24,000 nucleotides of DNA from Candidatus Jordarchaeia archaeon (GCA_029856435.1 JAHQXB010000055.1:1-24000), one strand, 5' to 3'; shown: positions 1 to 10,848, counted from the first letter of the stretch. Made by a program: numbers and translations. The notes: generated from the sequence alone by a model not told the origin.

Positions 1-241
1 TAAATGATTCGTTTTTTCTTCTACTGTTTTGCAAAAGTGGTGGAAGGCGGTTTTTTAAATCATAGAATAAAAAGTCTTGTTAGATAAACAAAAATATAAT
101 GAATTTAAAATTGCCTTAGCCCTAGAAAATGGGCAATTCTCCAATGTTAGAGTGTTGATTGAAAAGGTATACGAAACTTAAATATAAAACATGCTATTTC
201 ATAAGAATATGTAGGAGGATATAGAATGGAGGTGTGTATTT

Positions 242-934
242 TTGGACGTTTTTGAAGCCATTTATACGAGACGTTCGATTAGGCAGTTTAAAGTTGGTGA
301 AAAGATACCTGAATGGAAAATTGAGAAAATATTGGATGCTGCGCGTCATGCACCATCACCCGAGAATGTACAGGCTTGGAAGTACATTGTCATAAAGGAT
401 CAGAAATCAAAAGAACTTTTGGCAGACTTAGCTCAGGAAACCTCTTCAGGGGCCTTTGGGATGTCAAGATTTGAGATGCCGGCAGACCGATTATGGTATG
501 TGCCTCCACCAGCAAGAGTAGATACCGTTGAGGGTATGTTTGACGGCTCTCTCTTCAGATATCCAGAAATATCGGACACTGTAATTCTTTGTTGCTACTC
601 GGACCACTACTACGATTTGCCCACTATACCTGGTTCAATAAAGGAAATTAACATTGCTGCGCTAAGTATGGCAATACAGAATATGTGGCTTGCAGCTACC
701 GCATTGGGTGTTGGGGCTGGTTGGGACAGTTTCCCCGTTATTGGCGATGAGAGGCGGCGTGAAATGGTTTCAGACTATTTCGGCATTCCTAAGGGTTGGA
801 CGCCTCTGACTGCATTCTGTTTGGGTGTTCCCTTGTATCCAAGAGTGCTAGGTCCCACAAGATATCCAATGGAAGGAGTTGTCTTCAGAGAAGCATGGGG
901 CATCCCATATATTAGGAGTGAGTTAAGAAGGTAA
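242..934 (+). CDS. Nitroreductase family protein (FMN-dependent oxidoreductase)
   Basis: ORF of 230 aa with N-terminal 'YTRRSIRQFKVGEKIPEWKIEKILDAARHAPSPENVQAWKYIVIKD' (nitroreductase RRSxRxF...AP(S)xxNxQ(P/A)W pattern) and 'GVGAGWDSFP', 'LGVPLYP'. TTG start preceded by GGAGGTG at 228-234; TATA-like 'ttaaatataaaa' near 180. Confidence 0.88.
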   Translation: MDVFEAIYTRRSIRQFKVGEKIPEWKIEKILDAARHAPSPENVQAWKYIVIKDQKSKELLADLAQETSSGAFGMSRFEMPADRLWYVPPPARVDTVEGMFDGSLFRYPEISDTVILCCYSDHYYDLPTIPGSIKEINIAALSMAIQNMWLAATALGVGAGWDSFPVIGDERRREMVSDYFGIPKGWTPLTAFCLGVPLYPRVLGPTRYPMEGVVFREAWGIPYIRSELRR

Positions 935-948
935 AGGAGGATTCTGTT

Positions 949-1248
949 ATGCCTTTAACAGTTGATTTGGATGACGATGTTCAAAAGAAGTTTAACGAAA
1001 TTGCTAAGAAGGGTGAAATGTCGCCTGAATCGCTCGCGAAGTATGTGCTCACTTTATGGACTATTAGAGGCGGTGGTGTGGTTCTCGGCAGAAAGAAGGG
1101 CGAGAGACAGCGGGTAGCCATTGATTGGCCTACGGGATTTGACCTGCTCAACAAATCAGGAGATATTTTAACACATATTCCCAAGACTAAGGGTGTATTT
1201 TCTGTTTCGGTTTTAGATAAGGACTGGACTACTTATGGAGGGAAGTGA
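949..1248 (+). CDS. Small conserved hypothetical protein, possibly ribbon-helix-helix-like N-terminus
   Basis: 99-aa ORF 15 bp after the nitroreductase stop, preceded by AAAGGAGG; 'VDLDDDVQKKFNEIAKKGEMSPESLAKYVLTLW' resembles an RHH-like segment. Confidence 0.6.
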   Translation: MPLTVDLDDDVQKKFNEIAKKGEMSPESLAKYVLTLWTIRGGGVVLGRKKGERQRVAIDWPTGFDLLNKSGDILTHIPKTKGVFSVSVLDKDWTTYGGK

Positions 1249-1499
1249 ATATGAGTGAGTGGCTTGGCAAAAGGGAAATTAAGAAAGAGGATCTTTCAGA
1301 GTGGCTTAAGGACATGAAGTTCTTTGGATCTGTTGCCCGCTGGTTTACGCAGATTAATTTACCGCACATTGTTGTAGTTGTGCCTGAAGAGTATATTGAT
1401 GCCTTGGTGAAAAAAGTTGAGGAAAAATACGGCACACTGTCTGCAGGTACACTTAAGAGAGCTGCTTTAGATGCTTTAATTGAATGGATTAAAAAGTGA
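1245..1499 (+). CDS. Small conserved hypothetical protein
   Basis: 84-aa ORF overlapping the upstream gene by 4 bp (GTGA). A possible alternative start is ATG 1251. C-terminal 'EEKYGTLSAGTLKRAALDALIEWIKK'. Confidence 0.6.
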   Translation: MNMSEWLGKREIKKEDLSEWLKDMKFFGSVARWFTQINLPHIVVVVPEEYIDALVKKVEEKYGTLSAGTLKRAALDALIEWIKK

Positions 1500-1886
1500 T
1501 TGTGGGGAGATTGTATGGCGGACGTAAAAAAGATTATTGAAGGTTTTAAAAATCTGGTAGATGCCATCAACAAGAGTGATTCGGCGAAGAGTATCCTAAG
1601 AAATTGGCTTAAAGGATACGTAGGTAGAATTCACATGTTTGAAATTGATGATAGAAAGTTCCACATTATTTTTTGGCCAGATAAGGCTAAGTTTGTTGAT
1701 GGGGAGAGTCACACACCAGACTTGGTGATTCGCGCAACAGCCGACGCTTGGACCGATATGGTTACTGGTAAGAAAAAGTGGTCAGACCTTCTTGGGGAAG
1801 GTACGTTGTTTATCATCGGTGCAGCAAACGAAATCCAGCCTTTTATACAGATTGCTATGACTGCTGGAGTTATACCTTCAGGCTAG
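1500..1886 (+). CDS. SCP2 sterol-binding-domain-like protein
   Basis: 128 aa; 'PDLVIRATADAWTDMVTGKKKWSDLLGEGTLFIIGAANEIQPFIQI' matches the SCP2-type 'pdvtitasaedwlkl..G..d...ll..Gkl.i.Gd' pattern. It directly abuts the preceding gene. Confidence 0.75.
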   Translation: MWGDCMADVKKIIEGFKNLVDAINKSDSAKSILRNWLKGYVGRIHMFEIDDRKFHIIFWPDKAKFVDGESHTPDLVIRATADAWTDMVTGKKKWSDLLGEGTLFIIGAANEIQPFIQIAMTAGVIPSG

Positions 1887-2080
1887 TGGCCCCACTATTT
1901 TTTTCTTTTTTGCGTTTGTGTGTTCATTCCGATCCTAATTAGCATTGGAGAATATTATGCAATAGCTTAATTCCTTTAGAGCTGTTCAAGTGTATTCGTT
2001 TTTCAACCCTAAACCTTAAAAGTTTTGTTCAATTTATTCTATTGCGTATTATCTGGTAATAATTAATTTGGAGATGGTTT

Positions 2081-3091
2081 ATGCACGTTTTGAAGCCTGT
2101 TTATCATATTGTACGCCCTTTGCTTTCCCTTATTCCCGTCGGTAGTTTTACAATTGGGATTATTGTGTCTTTGTTTGACCCTTTTACGTGGAGCCTTTAT
2201 AGAGATAGTTCTGTTCTTATGATTTTTATTTTATCAGTTCTCTCCCTTCCTGTCTTTTTATTATCTTATTTGGCTGTATTTCTTTTAGGAATTTCTAGTT
2301 CCAGCTTGAACTCATTAGTGGATGCTAGGGATTGCGATTTAAGAGGGTTTAGAAAGGATTACCAGAATCCGGTTGTTTATTGTGGAGTGCCTCCCTTATA
2401 TATGAAAATTATTATTATTTTTTGCTCCGTCGCCAGCCTTGTAATAGGTTTTTACATTTCACTTATATTCGCAGTTATGATTTTTTTTGGGAATTTGATT
2501 TCTATATCCTACTCGTATTATCCTAGGATTAAGGTACGTCCTCCTTTTGATGTTTTATGGAACGCTATTGGTCTTTTTACTTTACCTTTTATTGCGGGTT
2601 GGGTTGTCTATCACGGTTCACCTGAGGCTTTGGCTCATTCGTATCTTACAAATGTTATCCTGTTTTATTTTTTAGGAGTAAGAAATATTGTTGGTGTACT
2701 AGTTTTTATACTATTGGTTAAAACCTTTTGGTTTCCTCTTTTTGAGCTGTTTGGCGGTACTTTAATTGGTGGCGCCTTTTACATTTTGACTGCTACTTTA
2801 GATTATGAAAGTGATAGTGAGACAGGCAACAAAACTATTAGTATTATTTTGGGTAAACGTTACTCGATTCTGCTCAGTCTTGCATTGTACCTTTTTGGAG
2901 CATTGATTATGTTTGAACATTTGATTTTTGATTTGGGAACAGTGGTTCTCTTTTTTTTAATAGCATTTTTTATGGTGTATCTAGTCATCAAACCTGAAAA
3001 ACTGTATGTGTGGAATTTTCTAAAGCTGACTTTAATGGCAACGCTAATTCTCATTTGTGCGGAAATAATTGTAAGGATTTGCATTTCTTAA
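2081..3091 (+). CDS. UbiA-family membrane prenyltransferase-like protein
   Basis: 336 aa, polytopic, with both Asp-rich motifs of the family: 'NSLVDARDCDLRGFRKDYQNPVV' and 'DYESDSETGNKTISIILGKR'. Confidence 0.8.
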   Translation: MHVLKPVYHIVRPLLSLIPVGSFTIGIIVSLFDPFTWSLYRDSSVLMIFILSVLSLPVFLLSYLAVFLLGISSSSLNSLVDARDCDLRGFRKDYQNPVVYCGVPPLYMKIIIIFCSVASLVIGFYISLIFAVMIFFGNLISISYSYYPRIKVRPPFDVLWNAIGLFTLPFIAGWVVYHGSPEALAHSYLTNVILFYFLGVRNIVGVLVFILLVKTFWFPLFELFGGTLIGGAFYILTATLDYESDSETGNKTISIILGKRYSILLSLALYLFGALIMFEHLIFDLGTVVLFFLIAFFMVYLVIKPEKLYVWNFLKLTLMATLILICAEIIVRICIS

Positions 3092-3509
3092 AACTGAGAA
3101 TCCCTTCTTGTTAAAATGTTAAACCTTGTTTTCGCATATTTGCCCTAATAAGGAAATCTAGCTAAAAAATGTGAGTGGTTATACCAAGCATTGACAACAT
3201 CAAATGAAGAGGTGAGAGTTAAAATTTTCTTCAATATTGCGTAAAACTCAAAGAGTGCGTAGATATAAAATGTTTTTTTAGATTATGGAGGAGGGTGTTT
3301 AAATATTGCTAATCGAAATCTACTAATGAAATTTTACAAAATCGTTGGCGAGAAAGTATCCAAGTTAAGGGTGGTATAAAAGTTGCTATAGATGATGTTA
3401 CTATAGTTGAGAGTTCATAAGTGAAATTTGGGATTTTTTCGAGATTTGAGAAATGGACACAAAATGTGAATAATTATGTAAAGAGATTAAAAATTGGTGT
3501 TTAAAGTTT

Positions 3510-6443
3510 ATGCTTGTTAGCTGGGATGTAATTATGTCTCTGACATTTTCAATGTACGAATTATTATTGGAGTTGATCCTTTTAACGATTATAATATCCT
3601 GTTTTGCTTTTTCCTTATATACTATTAGTAGAGATTCTCTCCATGTTCTTTCTCGTGGAATTTATGCGAAGGGAATCCGCTATAAGTTTATCATATGTCT
3701 TAGAGTTTCAAATATCCCTAAGGAAGATGCAAAGATGCAAAGGCAGGGCACACCGGAAAATTCAGACAATGTTGCTCAATACGTGCATCAGCACTTAACC
3801 TCGATGTGGAAAAATGTTAAGGAAGCAAGTTATGAGATACATGTAAGAGAAGAGGGTGTGGAAATTTACTTCTATGCTCACCATAGTGGATTTAAAGGCG
3901 AGAAATGTTTTAAAGAGGCTTGGAAAAAGATGCACTCTTTAAAAATCAGTCTTGAGACACGTTTTCCAAATATCGAAACAAAAATCCAAGAATTTGAGGA
4001 TCTGAAAAAAAGGTTTGACATTTTTGATTTTACATCTAAAATGAAGATCAAAAAAAACTTTGTAATTTTTAACAGTAATGGGTCAGAAACTTGGGTGAGC
4101 GTCACTCATATTAAAGGAAAAATAGAATGCACCCCCCAAGAAAAGTACTCTCAGATAGATAGCCTTGTTAGAGGTTTAACAAGGTTGGGAATGGACGCCC
4201 ACTTTATTGTACATTTCAAAGCAGTTAAACCCCCAAAAACAAAAAATATTACTTCTATAAATAAGAAGTTGAAGACCCCTAAGGGAGAAGTTCTTATACA
4301 AATAAATGAAGATAAATTGGATGAAAGGGAAAAGGAAATCGGGCATATTGCAGGTTATTGGGACGTTTCCTCGTATGTTGTCATCAAAACTAATACTGAG
4401 AAAGAAGCTGAAATTCGAGCTATTCAAGTCAAAAACATTTTAAATACAGTTTATTCAGGATCTCACTACAGTCCCCATATAAAAACAATGAGCGGAAGAG
4501 AAATAAAAAGAAAATTGAAGCAAATTGTTTTACGCAAATCTGTGGGCAAAACAGAGAAAATGGCAAGTACGCGACTAGCGGCGTTAACACATTTTCCTGA
4601 AAGGCCAGTACCGGGCATTGAGACTTTTGAATGCCCAGAGTTCGAAATACCTCCACAAACAATATTTAACTATTATAAGGGTATACCAATTTCCTACGTA
4701 CTGTACAAAGATCGCGAAATTTTTACCTGTATGCTGGATCCAGAAGATCTAAGATGTGGTCTTGCAGTTTTAGGTACAGTGGGGAGCGGGAAAACATATT
4801 TCGTAATGAACCTCATTGACAAGTTGCTTAGAGAGAAACAGCTACCGATGCTAATATTTGAAAGCAAGGGTGAATTCGCCGGGCTTGCTAAATTGTTGCC
4901 TCCAGAAATTGCGAAAAATATACTCATAATCTGTCCGGGTAGTAAATTTGCACCCTTAAAAATTAATCTATTTGATCCGGGTGATATGGATGCTGAAGAT
5001 TATGCTCAAAGGTTGTATGGTCTAATAGATGAAACACTTCGTTCACTTTTTCGTATAGACAGTGATCTCTCACTGCAGATGTCAAGGGTATTGTGTGAGG
5101 TGTTACCCCAAGTAATAAAAGAAGAGAGATACAGAAACTTTGATGCCTTAGGTAAACTACTTAGTGATTATGCTGAGAGTAAGAGGCAAACTGTGCCTTT
5201 CGTTGATAGCACTATACTTGCTTTAGACGCTCGCTTAGGAGTTTTTCGTCAAGGAATTCTGGGTAGTGTTTTTAATGTGAATAAGAGCAATATTAGCCTT
5301 GACGACCTCCTGAAGAAGGTAATTGTGATAGATTTTAGTTATTTACTATCGCAAGGAGGAACTAAGGAAGATACACAGATTATTATGAATCTCATTATGC
5401 TCCAAGTTTTTCAGGCTGGATTAAGAAGAATAAATGTAGAAGAATTAAAGCACTTAGTTGTAGTGGACGATGCCCGTTTTCTAGTTCCTGAAATATTTAG
5501 ACGCCGCAGTAGTGGAGATACTACCATAGTTGAAGATATGATTACAATTGAACGAGGAAAAGGACAAGGCTTAATTCTGATATGTCAAGATCCTGCAATA
5601 TCAAAAGTGGTCCTTGCTAATTGTAACACTCGTGTCGTTTTTCGAATAGCATTTAAGTCTCTAGAAGAGGAAGAATACATTAGATTGGGGCTAAATATTA
5701 CAGATACACAGAAGAGCCATCTGGTCGCTCAACCTAGGCGGGAAGCAATTATGAAATTAGCCGAATACCCCTATCCCTTCAGGATTAGAACACTAAACTA
5801 TCATTGCCCAAAAATTACCTTCCAAGATATAGAAGAACACAATAGGAAACATCACAAAGAATTATATGTTGATGAAGAAATAGAACAAGAAAAGATCTGT
5901 GAACTTGAGTTAAGTCGAGATGAAAAAAATATTCATGAAATTTTATCTTGGATATTAACCCACGAATATATCACAGTTGACACCGCAAAAGAACTAGTTA
6001 AACTGGACTACTTTAAGACTCGCGAATTGTTAGACGCCCTGCATAAGGGAAATGAACTTTTTAAAACAACATACTTTTCTCCTATAAGTGGAAAACAAAT
6101 ACTCTACCATACAAATGACAATGCTTTTCTAGCATTTATGGGTGATGAATTGAGGAAATTCGCATTAAATAATAAACTCGACGCCCCAGTACAAATATTA
6201 AAAAAATGTGAAAAAAGCAAAATAATTAAAGAAGTCTCCTCGCCTGAATTTAAAGAGGGGGTAATAGTAACTTTTGAAGGAAAAACAGCGACCCAAATCA
6301 AAGAATGGTTGAAGGAGAAGAGCAATTATAAAATAATTAGCTTTACTGAGAAGGGACTCCGAGAATTAAAAACATTTATCGAAAAATTAAAAAATAGAAA
6401 CAATAGGTTCCGTTTTATCGCCATAGAGCGAATAGTTAACTAA
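3510..6443 (+). CDS. Membrane-anchored HerA/VirB4/TraG-like P-loop ATPase with C-terminal winged-helix-like region
   Basis: 977 aa; N-terminal hydrophobic helix 'LLLELILLTIIISCFAFSLYTI'; Walker A 'VLGTVGSGKTYFV'; 'LIFESKGEFAGLAKLL'; Walker B-like 'HLVVVDDARFLVPEIF'; 'ERGKGQGLILICQDPAISKVVLANCNTRVVFRI' typical of the HerA/FtsK/VirB4 superfamily. Confidence 0.82.
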   Translation: MLVSWDVIMSLTFSMYELLLELILLTIIISCFAFSLYTISRDSLHVLSRGIYAKGIRYKFIICLRVSNIPKEDAKMQRQGTPENSDNVAQYVHQHLTSMWKNVKEASYEIHVREEGVEIYFYAHHSGFKGEKCFKEAWKKMHSLKISLETRFPNIETKIQEFEDLKKRFDIFDFTSKMKIKKNFVIFNSNGSETWVSVTHIKGKIECTPQEKYSQIDSLVRGLTRLGMDAHFIVHFKAVKPPKTKNITSINKKLKTPKGEVLIQINEDKLDEREKEIGHIAGYWDVSSYVVIKTNTEKEAEIRAIQVKNILNTVYSGSHYSPHIKTMSGREIKRKLKQIVLRKSVGKTEKMASTRLAALTHFPERPVPGIETFECPEFEIPPQTIFNYYKGIPISYVLYKDREIFTCMLDPEDLRCGLAVLGTVGSGKTYFVMNLIDKLLREKQLPMLIFESKGEFAGLAKLLPPEIAKNILIICPGSKFAPLKINLFDPGDMDAEDYAQRLYGLIDETLRSLFRIDSDLSLQMSRVLCEVLPQVIKEERYRNFDALGKLLSDYAESKRQTVPFVDSTILALDARLGVFRQGILGSVFNVNKSNISLDDLLKKVIVIDFSYLLSQGGTKEDTQIIMNLIMLQVFQAGLRRINVEELKHLVVVDDARFLVPEIFRRRSSGDTTIVEDMITIERGKGQGLILICQDPAISKVVLANCNTRVVFRIAFKSLEEEEYIRLGLNITDTQKSHLVAQPRREAIMKLAEYPYPFRIRTLNYHCPKITFQDIEEHNRKHHKELYVDEEIEQEKICELELSRDEKNIHEILSWILTHEYITVDTAKELVKLDYFKTRELLDALHKGNELFKTTYFSPISGKQILYHTNDNAFLAFMGDELRKFALNNKLDAPVQILKKCEKSKIIKEVSSPEFKEGVIVTFEGKTATQIKEWLKEKSNYKIISFTEKGLRELKTFIEKLKNRNNRFRFIAIERIVN

Positions 6444-6527
6444 TCTTATTGACCCTCCATGCTACTAAAGTCGGGACCTTCTCACCAATGATTTTGTGAT
6501 ACTCCCGTAAATTATCGCAATTTGAAA

Positions 6528-6651
6528 AGCGCTTTGCGCAGTGTAGATTCGTTCGATTTCGCCTTCGAAAGAAGCTTTCATAGGGCTTCTTTTATGATTT
6601 AAGAGCCTCGAAATGAGGGGTAGAATCGGACTAATCTACACCACCAGCGCT
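6528..6651. ncRNA. Candidate structured RNA or multi-helix element (no known family assigned)
   Basis: Nested inverted repeats read by eye: TGTAGATT (6542-6549) / AATCTACA (6633-6640); CGATT (6554-6558) / AATCG (6624-6628); AAAGAAGC (6568-6575) / GCTTCTTT (6585-6592); CCTC (6606-6609) / GAGG (6615-6618); outer AGCGCT at 6528-6533 and 6646-6651. Lies in a convergent intergenic region. Confidence 0.3.
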
Positions 6652-6897
6652 TTGAAAAATTAATTTTTATGAAGGAGCAACTTTATAATACCCAAATTCA
6701 TCACCCAATGAGTCATTTACCTGAAAATATTTTTTAGTTAAATGGGAAACACGTTATAAATTAAAAATATTATGAGGGATAATCAAAAGGGGGAAATGAC
6801 AAAAAGGTCAAAAATTTTGATCTAATTAGAAAATCCGATAGAATGTTTAAGTAATCTGAAACCAAATTAGTTCTTGATTCTATGATTTGATAGAAGT

Positions 6898-8127
6898 TTA
6901 ACTGTGTTTATACGCCCTTTTTAAAGCTTCAATTCCTGGTAACTCCTCTTTGGTCAGAAAGCTTATGAATGCTTTACCTGCAGTGCTTATATAGGATACT
7001 TTGCTAGCTAAGCCAAATTTTTCTAGCGCTGCTATTGTATGCCCCCCACCAACGAGGGAGAACGCCTTTGAGTTTGCAACTGCCTCAAGAAGTTTATGTG
7101 TTCCTATTTCAAATGGAGGCTCTTCGTATACTCCCGCTGGACCATTGAAAACAATGGTATTGGCGTCCTTCAATATTTTGGTATATTCCTCTATTGTTTT
7201 GCTGCCAATATCCTTAATTGGTCTATTTAAGGGTAATTTGTCGATGGGGATCTCTAAGCGTTTTCCACCGTCATCAACGGCAACATCTTTTATCATTTCA
7301 ATTATGTTGTTGTGTTCATCTAAAAGTTTTTGAACCTCGGGGATTTTTTCTATCAGTCCTTTGGAAGAAATCATTTCTTTATTTACTTCTCCTATATCAA
7401 TGCCTTCGGCTAGAAGACATAGGTAAGAGATTATACCGATAGGTAAGATTCTGTCTGCGTTTTTGATATCCAAAACTTTTTTCATTATTTGATAACTATC
7501 CTCAGCTTTCATTCCGCCCAAGACATATACTGATGGTCTTTTAGGATTCTCTGTGGCATTGAGAATCGAGTTGACCTCTTGTTCCATGACTCTTCCAGCG
7601 GCAGAGGGTAAGACATATGTAAAACCGACAATAGAGGTATGATTTCTGTGAGCCGCTGAAAAGGCGTCATTAACGTATATGTCTGATACGCGCGAAAGTT
7701 GCTGAACCATAGGTGAATTGATTTGTTCTTTTACAGTCTTCGCACCGGTTTCCTCATCACAGAAGCGTACATTCTCCAGTAACAGTATTTCCCCACTTTT
7801 CATACTTTTTATTTGGTTTATAACTTTTTCACCATAAACTTCATTAATGTATTTCACGGGTCTATTCAAAATTTCGCTAAGCAACTTTCCGTGTTGTTCC
7901 AAGGGTAAGAAGTCATCGTCACCCCTTCGTCCTTGATGCGCCAGAACAACAATCTTTGCACCATTATTCGCCAGCTCTAGCAAGGTTTTTGCATGTGCTG
8001 TAAATCGCCTAGTATCAGTAATTTTTTTTGTCCCAAGATCTATAGGAGAGTTGATGTCAACTCGAACAAGCACCGTCTTGTCTTTAAATTCGAAATCGTC
8101 AAGTGTGTAAAATTTTTTCTCAGCCAC
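6898..8127 (-). CDS. pgk: Phosphoglycerate kinase
   Basis: 409 aa; GTG start. 'KDKTVLVRVDINSPID', 'LLLENVRFCDEETG', 'DIYVNDAFSAAHRNHTSIVGF', 'SLVGGGHTIAALEKFG' are PGK signatures. Confidence 0.95.
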   Translation of the reverse strand: MAEKKFYTLDDFEFKDKTVLVRVDINSPIDLGTKKITDTRRFTAHAKTLLELANNGAKIVVLAHQGRRGDDDFLPLEQHGKLLSEILNRPVKYINEVYGEKVINQIKSMKSGEILLLENVRFCDEETGAKTVKEQINSPMVQQLSRVSDIYVNDAFSAAHRNHTSIVGFTYVLPSAAGRVMEQEVNSILNATENPKRPSVYVLGGMKAEDSYQIMKKVLDIKNADRILPIGIISYLCLLAEGIDIGEVNKEMISSKGLIEKIPEVQKLLDEHNNIIEMIKDVAVDDGGKRLEIPIDKLPLNRPIKDIGSKTIEEYTKILKDANTIVFNGPAGVYEEPPFEIGTHKLLEAVANSKAFSLVGGGHTIAALEKFGLASKVSYISTAGKAFISFLTKEELPGIEALKRAYKHS

Positions 8128-8288
8128 TTGAAGCTCCCCTTTTTGATTAAGACAAAATTACGTCTCGCTCATCTATTATAAAAAGTTTATTAGGCGCTCA
8201 AACAAAAACTATTATTTCAAAAATCTTCTTATAACTAAAAATACAAATAATAAATCTATTATTGCATTGCCTTTTAATTTAATACTCA

Positions 8289-8843
8289 TTAGAAGCAAGT
8301 TTTTCTGAGAACCCTCTTTTTCTTTGGTCTCCAATATTTCCACTTAGTATCCCAGGATTTCCAGCCCGTTTTAACATATTTTTCCCTGCTCCCCAAATCC
8401 TCCATGACCCAGTTTATCAAGGCATAAAATCTATCACGCCCACTCTTCAAAGTCAAGGTCTCCCTTGGTACTCCCAATTCCGCATAATAATCCAAAAGGG
8501 AGTTTTCAATTAATTCTTGTAATTTTCCTTCAATACGTGTTGGTTTCACTTTGTAGCCCTCCTCCATAAGGGTCAGGCGAATCTCGCTCAAGACTGATCC
8601 AGTACAAATCTCTATCTCCTCCTCCTTAGAAACCTTAAGCTCCTCTAAAGCTTTCTTTGCTAATTTGAGGGCCTCCTTAAGATATGTTTTCCTATCAAAA
8701 TTGGGAGGGCGGAAATGAATAACATCAATCAATTTAACAACATATTCGCCTGTTTCCTTCCTGAAAAAACCTAATAAACAGCCGCCTACGAGATCCCCCC
8801 ATCCAGCATCATCAATTTGAATAACCATGAAAACCACACTCAA
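8289..8843 (-). CDS. Conserved archaeal hypothetical protein, possibly RNase H-like fold
   Basis: 184 aa; 'IQIDDAGWGDLVGGCLLGFFR', 'EICTGSVLSEIRLTLMEEGYKV', 'KYVKTGWKSWDTKWKYW'. Recognised only as an archaeal-type hypothetical; fold guess from the N-terminal acidic/Gly pattern. Confidence 0.6.
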   Translation of the reverse strand: MSVVFMVIQIDDAGWGDLVGGCLLGFFRKETGEYVVKLIDVIHFRPPNFDRKTYLKEALKLAKKALEELKVSKEEEIEICTGSVLSEIRLTLMEEGYKVKPTRIEGKLQELIENSLLDYYAELGVPRETLTLKSGRDRFYALINWVMEDLGSREKYVKTGWKSWDTKWKYWRPKKKRVLRKTCF

Positions 8844-8940
8844 AACTTAAATAATTTAATATATAAATTAAACTGTATTGTTTGTCTCTTACCAAACTGT
8901 TTTATCCAAAAAATTTTTGGTGGTTAACTGCCAAAAATAA

Positions 8941-9996
<1,056 letters not shown>

Positions 9997-10335
9997 TCAT
10001 ACATAACTGCATTAAAAACGAACTTCCCTTTCACTTTTTCCGGCTGGTTCAAATATTGAAAGTATCCTCTTGAATCCGTCCTTTCTTGGGTTAGACTCAC
10101 AAACTAAGAAAACAACAATATATAGAAAAACTATAATAAATGAAATATTAAACAACTAAAAAATAAAACTTAAGGCTTCATTCCATACAAGTAACGAAAT
10201 ACGAAGATAAAACTTCCATAATACGATACAAAGAATAGTTGAATCCTACTCTATACAGTGGCTAAAACTAGTGACACTTTTAAGTTAGGTAAATGAAAAA
10301 TTGTATAAAGGGATATACAATTAATCCGGCAGAAG

Positions 10336-10848
10336 TTAAGCCATTAGCAGCGTACGAATCAATCTGCTACGCAAAATACCTTTCTTACTTAACTGGGATA
10401 GATCTTTGAAAAGCTTAATTTTGATGTATTCCTCGCCGCCAGGCAAGTTTGCGTATCTCTTATATTCTTGGAAAAATTCCGTAAAATCGCTTACGCTTGC
10501 CAGTTTAGATTCGATCCCGGGAGAAATTCTTATCAGTGCATCAGGATCTGAGGCTCTTCCACCAACTATCCTAAAAGACTGCACACCACTTTTAATCATA
10601 TAGAACAAGTTTCCTCCAGTATTAAATTGAAGTGTAATGTCTTCAACATTTTTACTTGCCTCAATCATTTCTGGAGAAGCCAACCTTTCTTGTAGCCACC
10701 CCATCAAGTTTGCTTTTTCAAGGCAAGAATTAATAGGCGTAACATCTTTATTAGTTTCTTTAGTTAATGGTTTGAGAATAGTGCTCTTGGTATAACTAGT
10801 TTCAACGTTATTCTCTGATTGGCCCTTAAATACTTTTAATATTCTCAA
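10336..10848 (-). CDS. SCP2-like domain protein
   Basis: 170 aa; 'ITLQFNTGGNLFYMIKSGVQSFRIVGGRASDPDALIRISPGIESKLASVSDFTEFFQEYKRYANLPGGEEYIKIKLFKDLSQLSKKGILR' is reminiscent of SCP2-type lipid-binding proteins. Confidence 0.55.
   Translation of the reverse strand: MRILKVFKGQSENNVETSYTKSTILKPLTKETNKDVTPINSCLEKANLMGWLQERLASPEMIEASKNVEDITLQFNTGGNLFYMIKSGVQSFRIVGGRASDPDALIRISPGIESKLASVSDFTEFFQEYKRYANLPGGEEYIKIKLFKDLSQLSKKGILRSRLIRTLLMA

Noticed and set aside
4176-4927. Three minus-strand ORFs of 77-83 aa and the minus ORF at 6104-6325
   Set aside because: All lie inside the 977-aa ATPase gene, which has strong motifs; no independent coding evidence.
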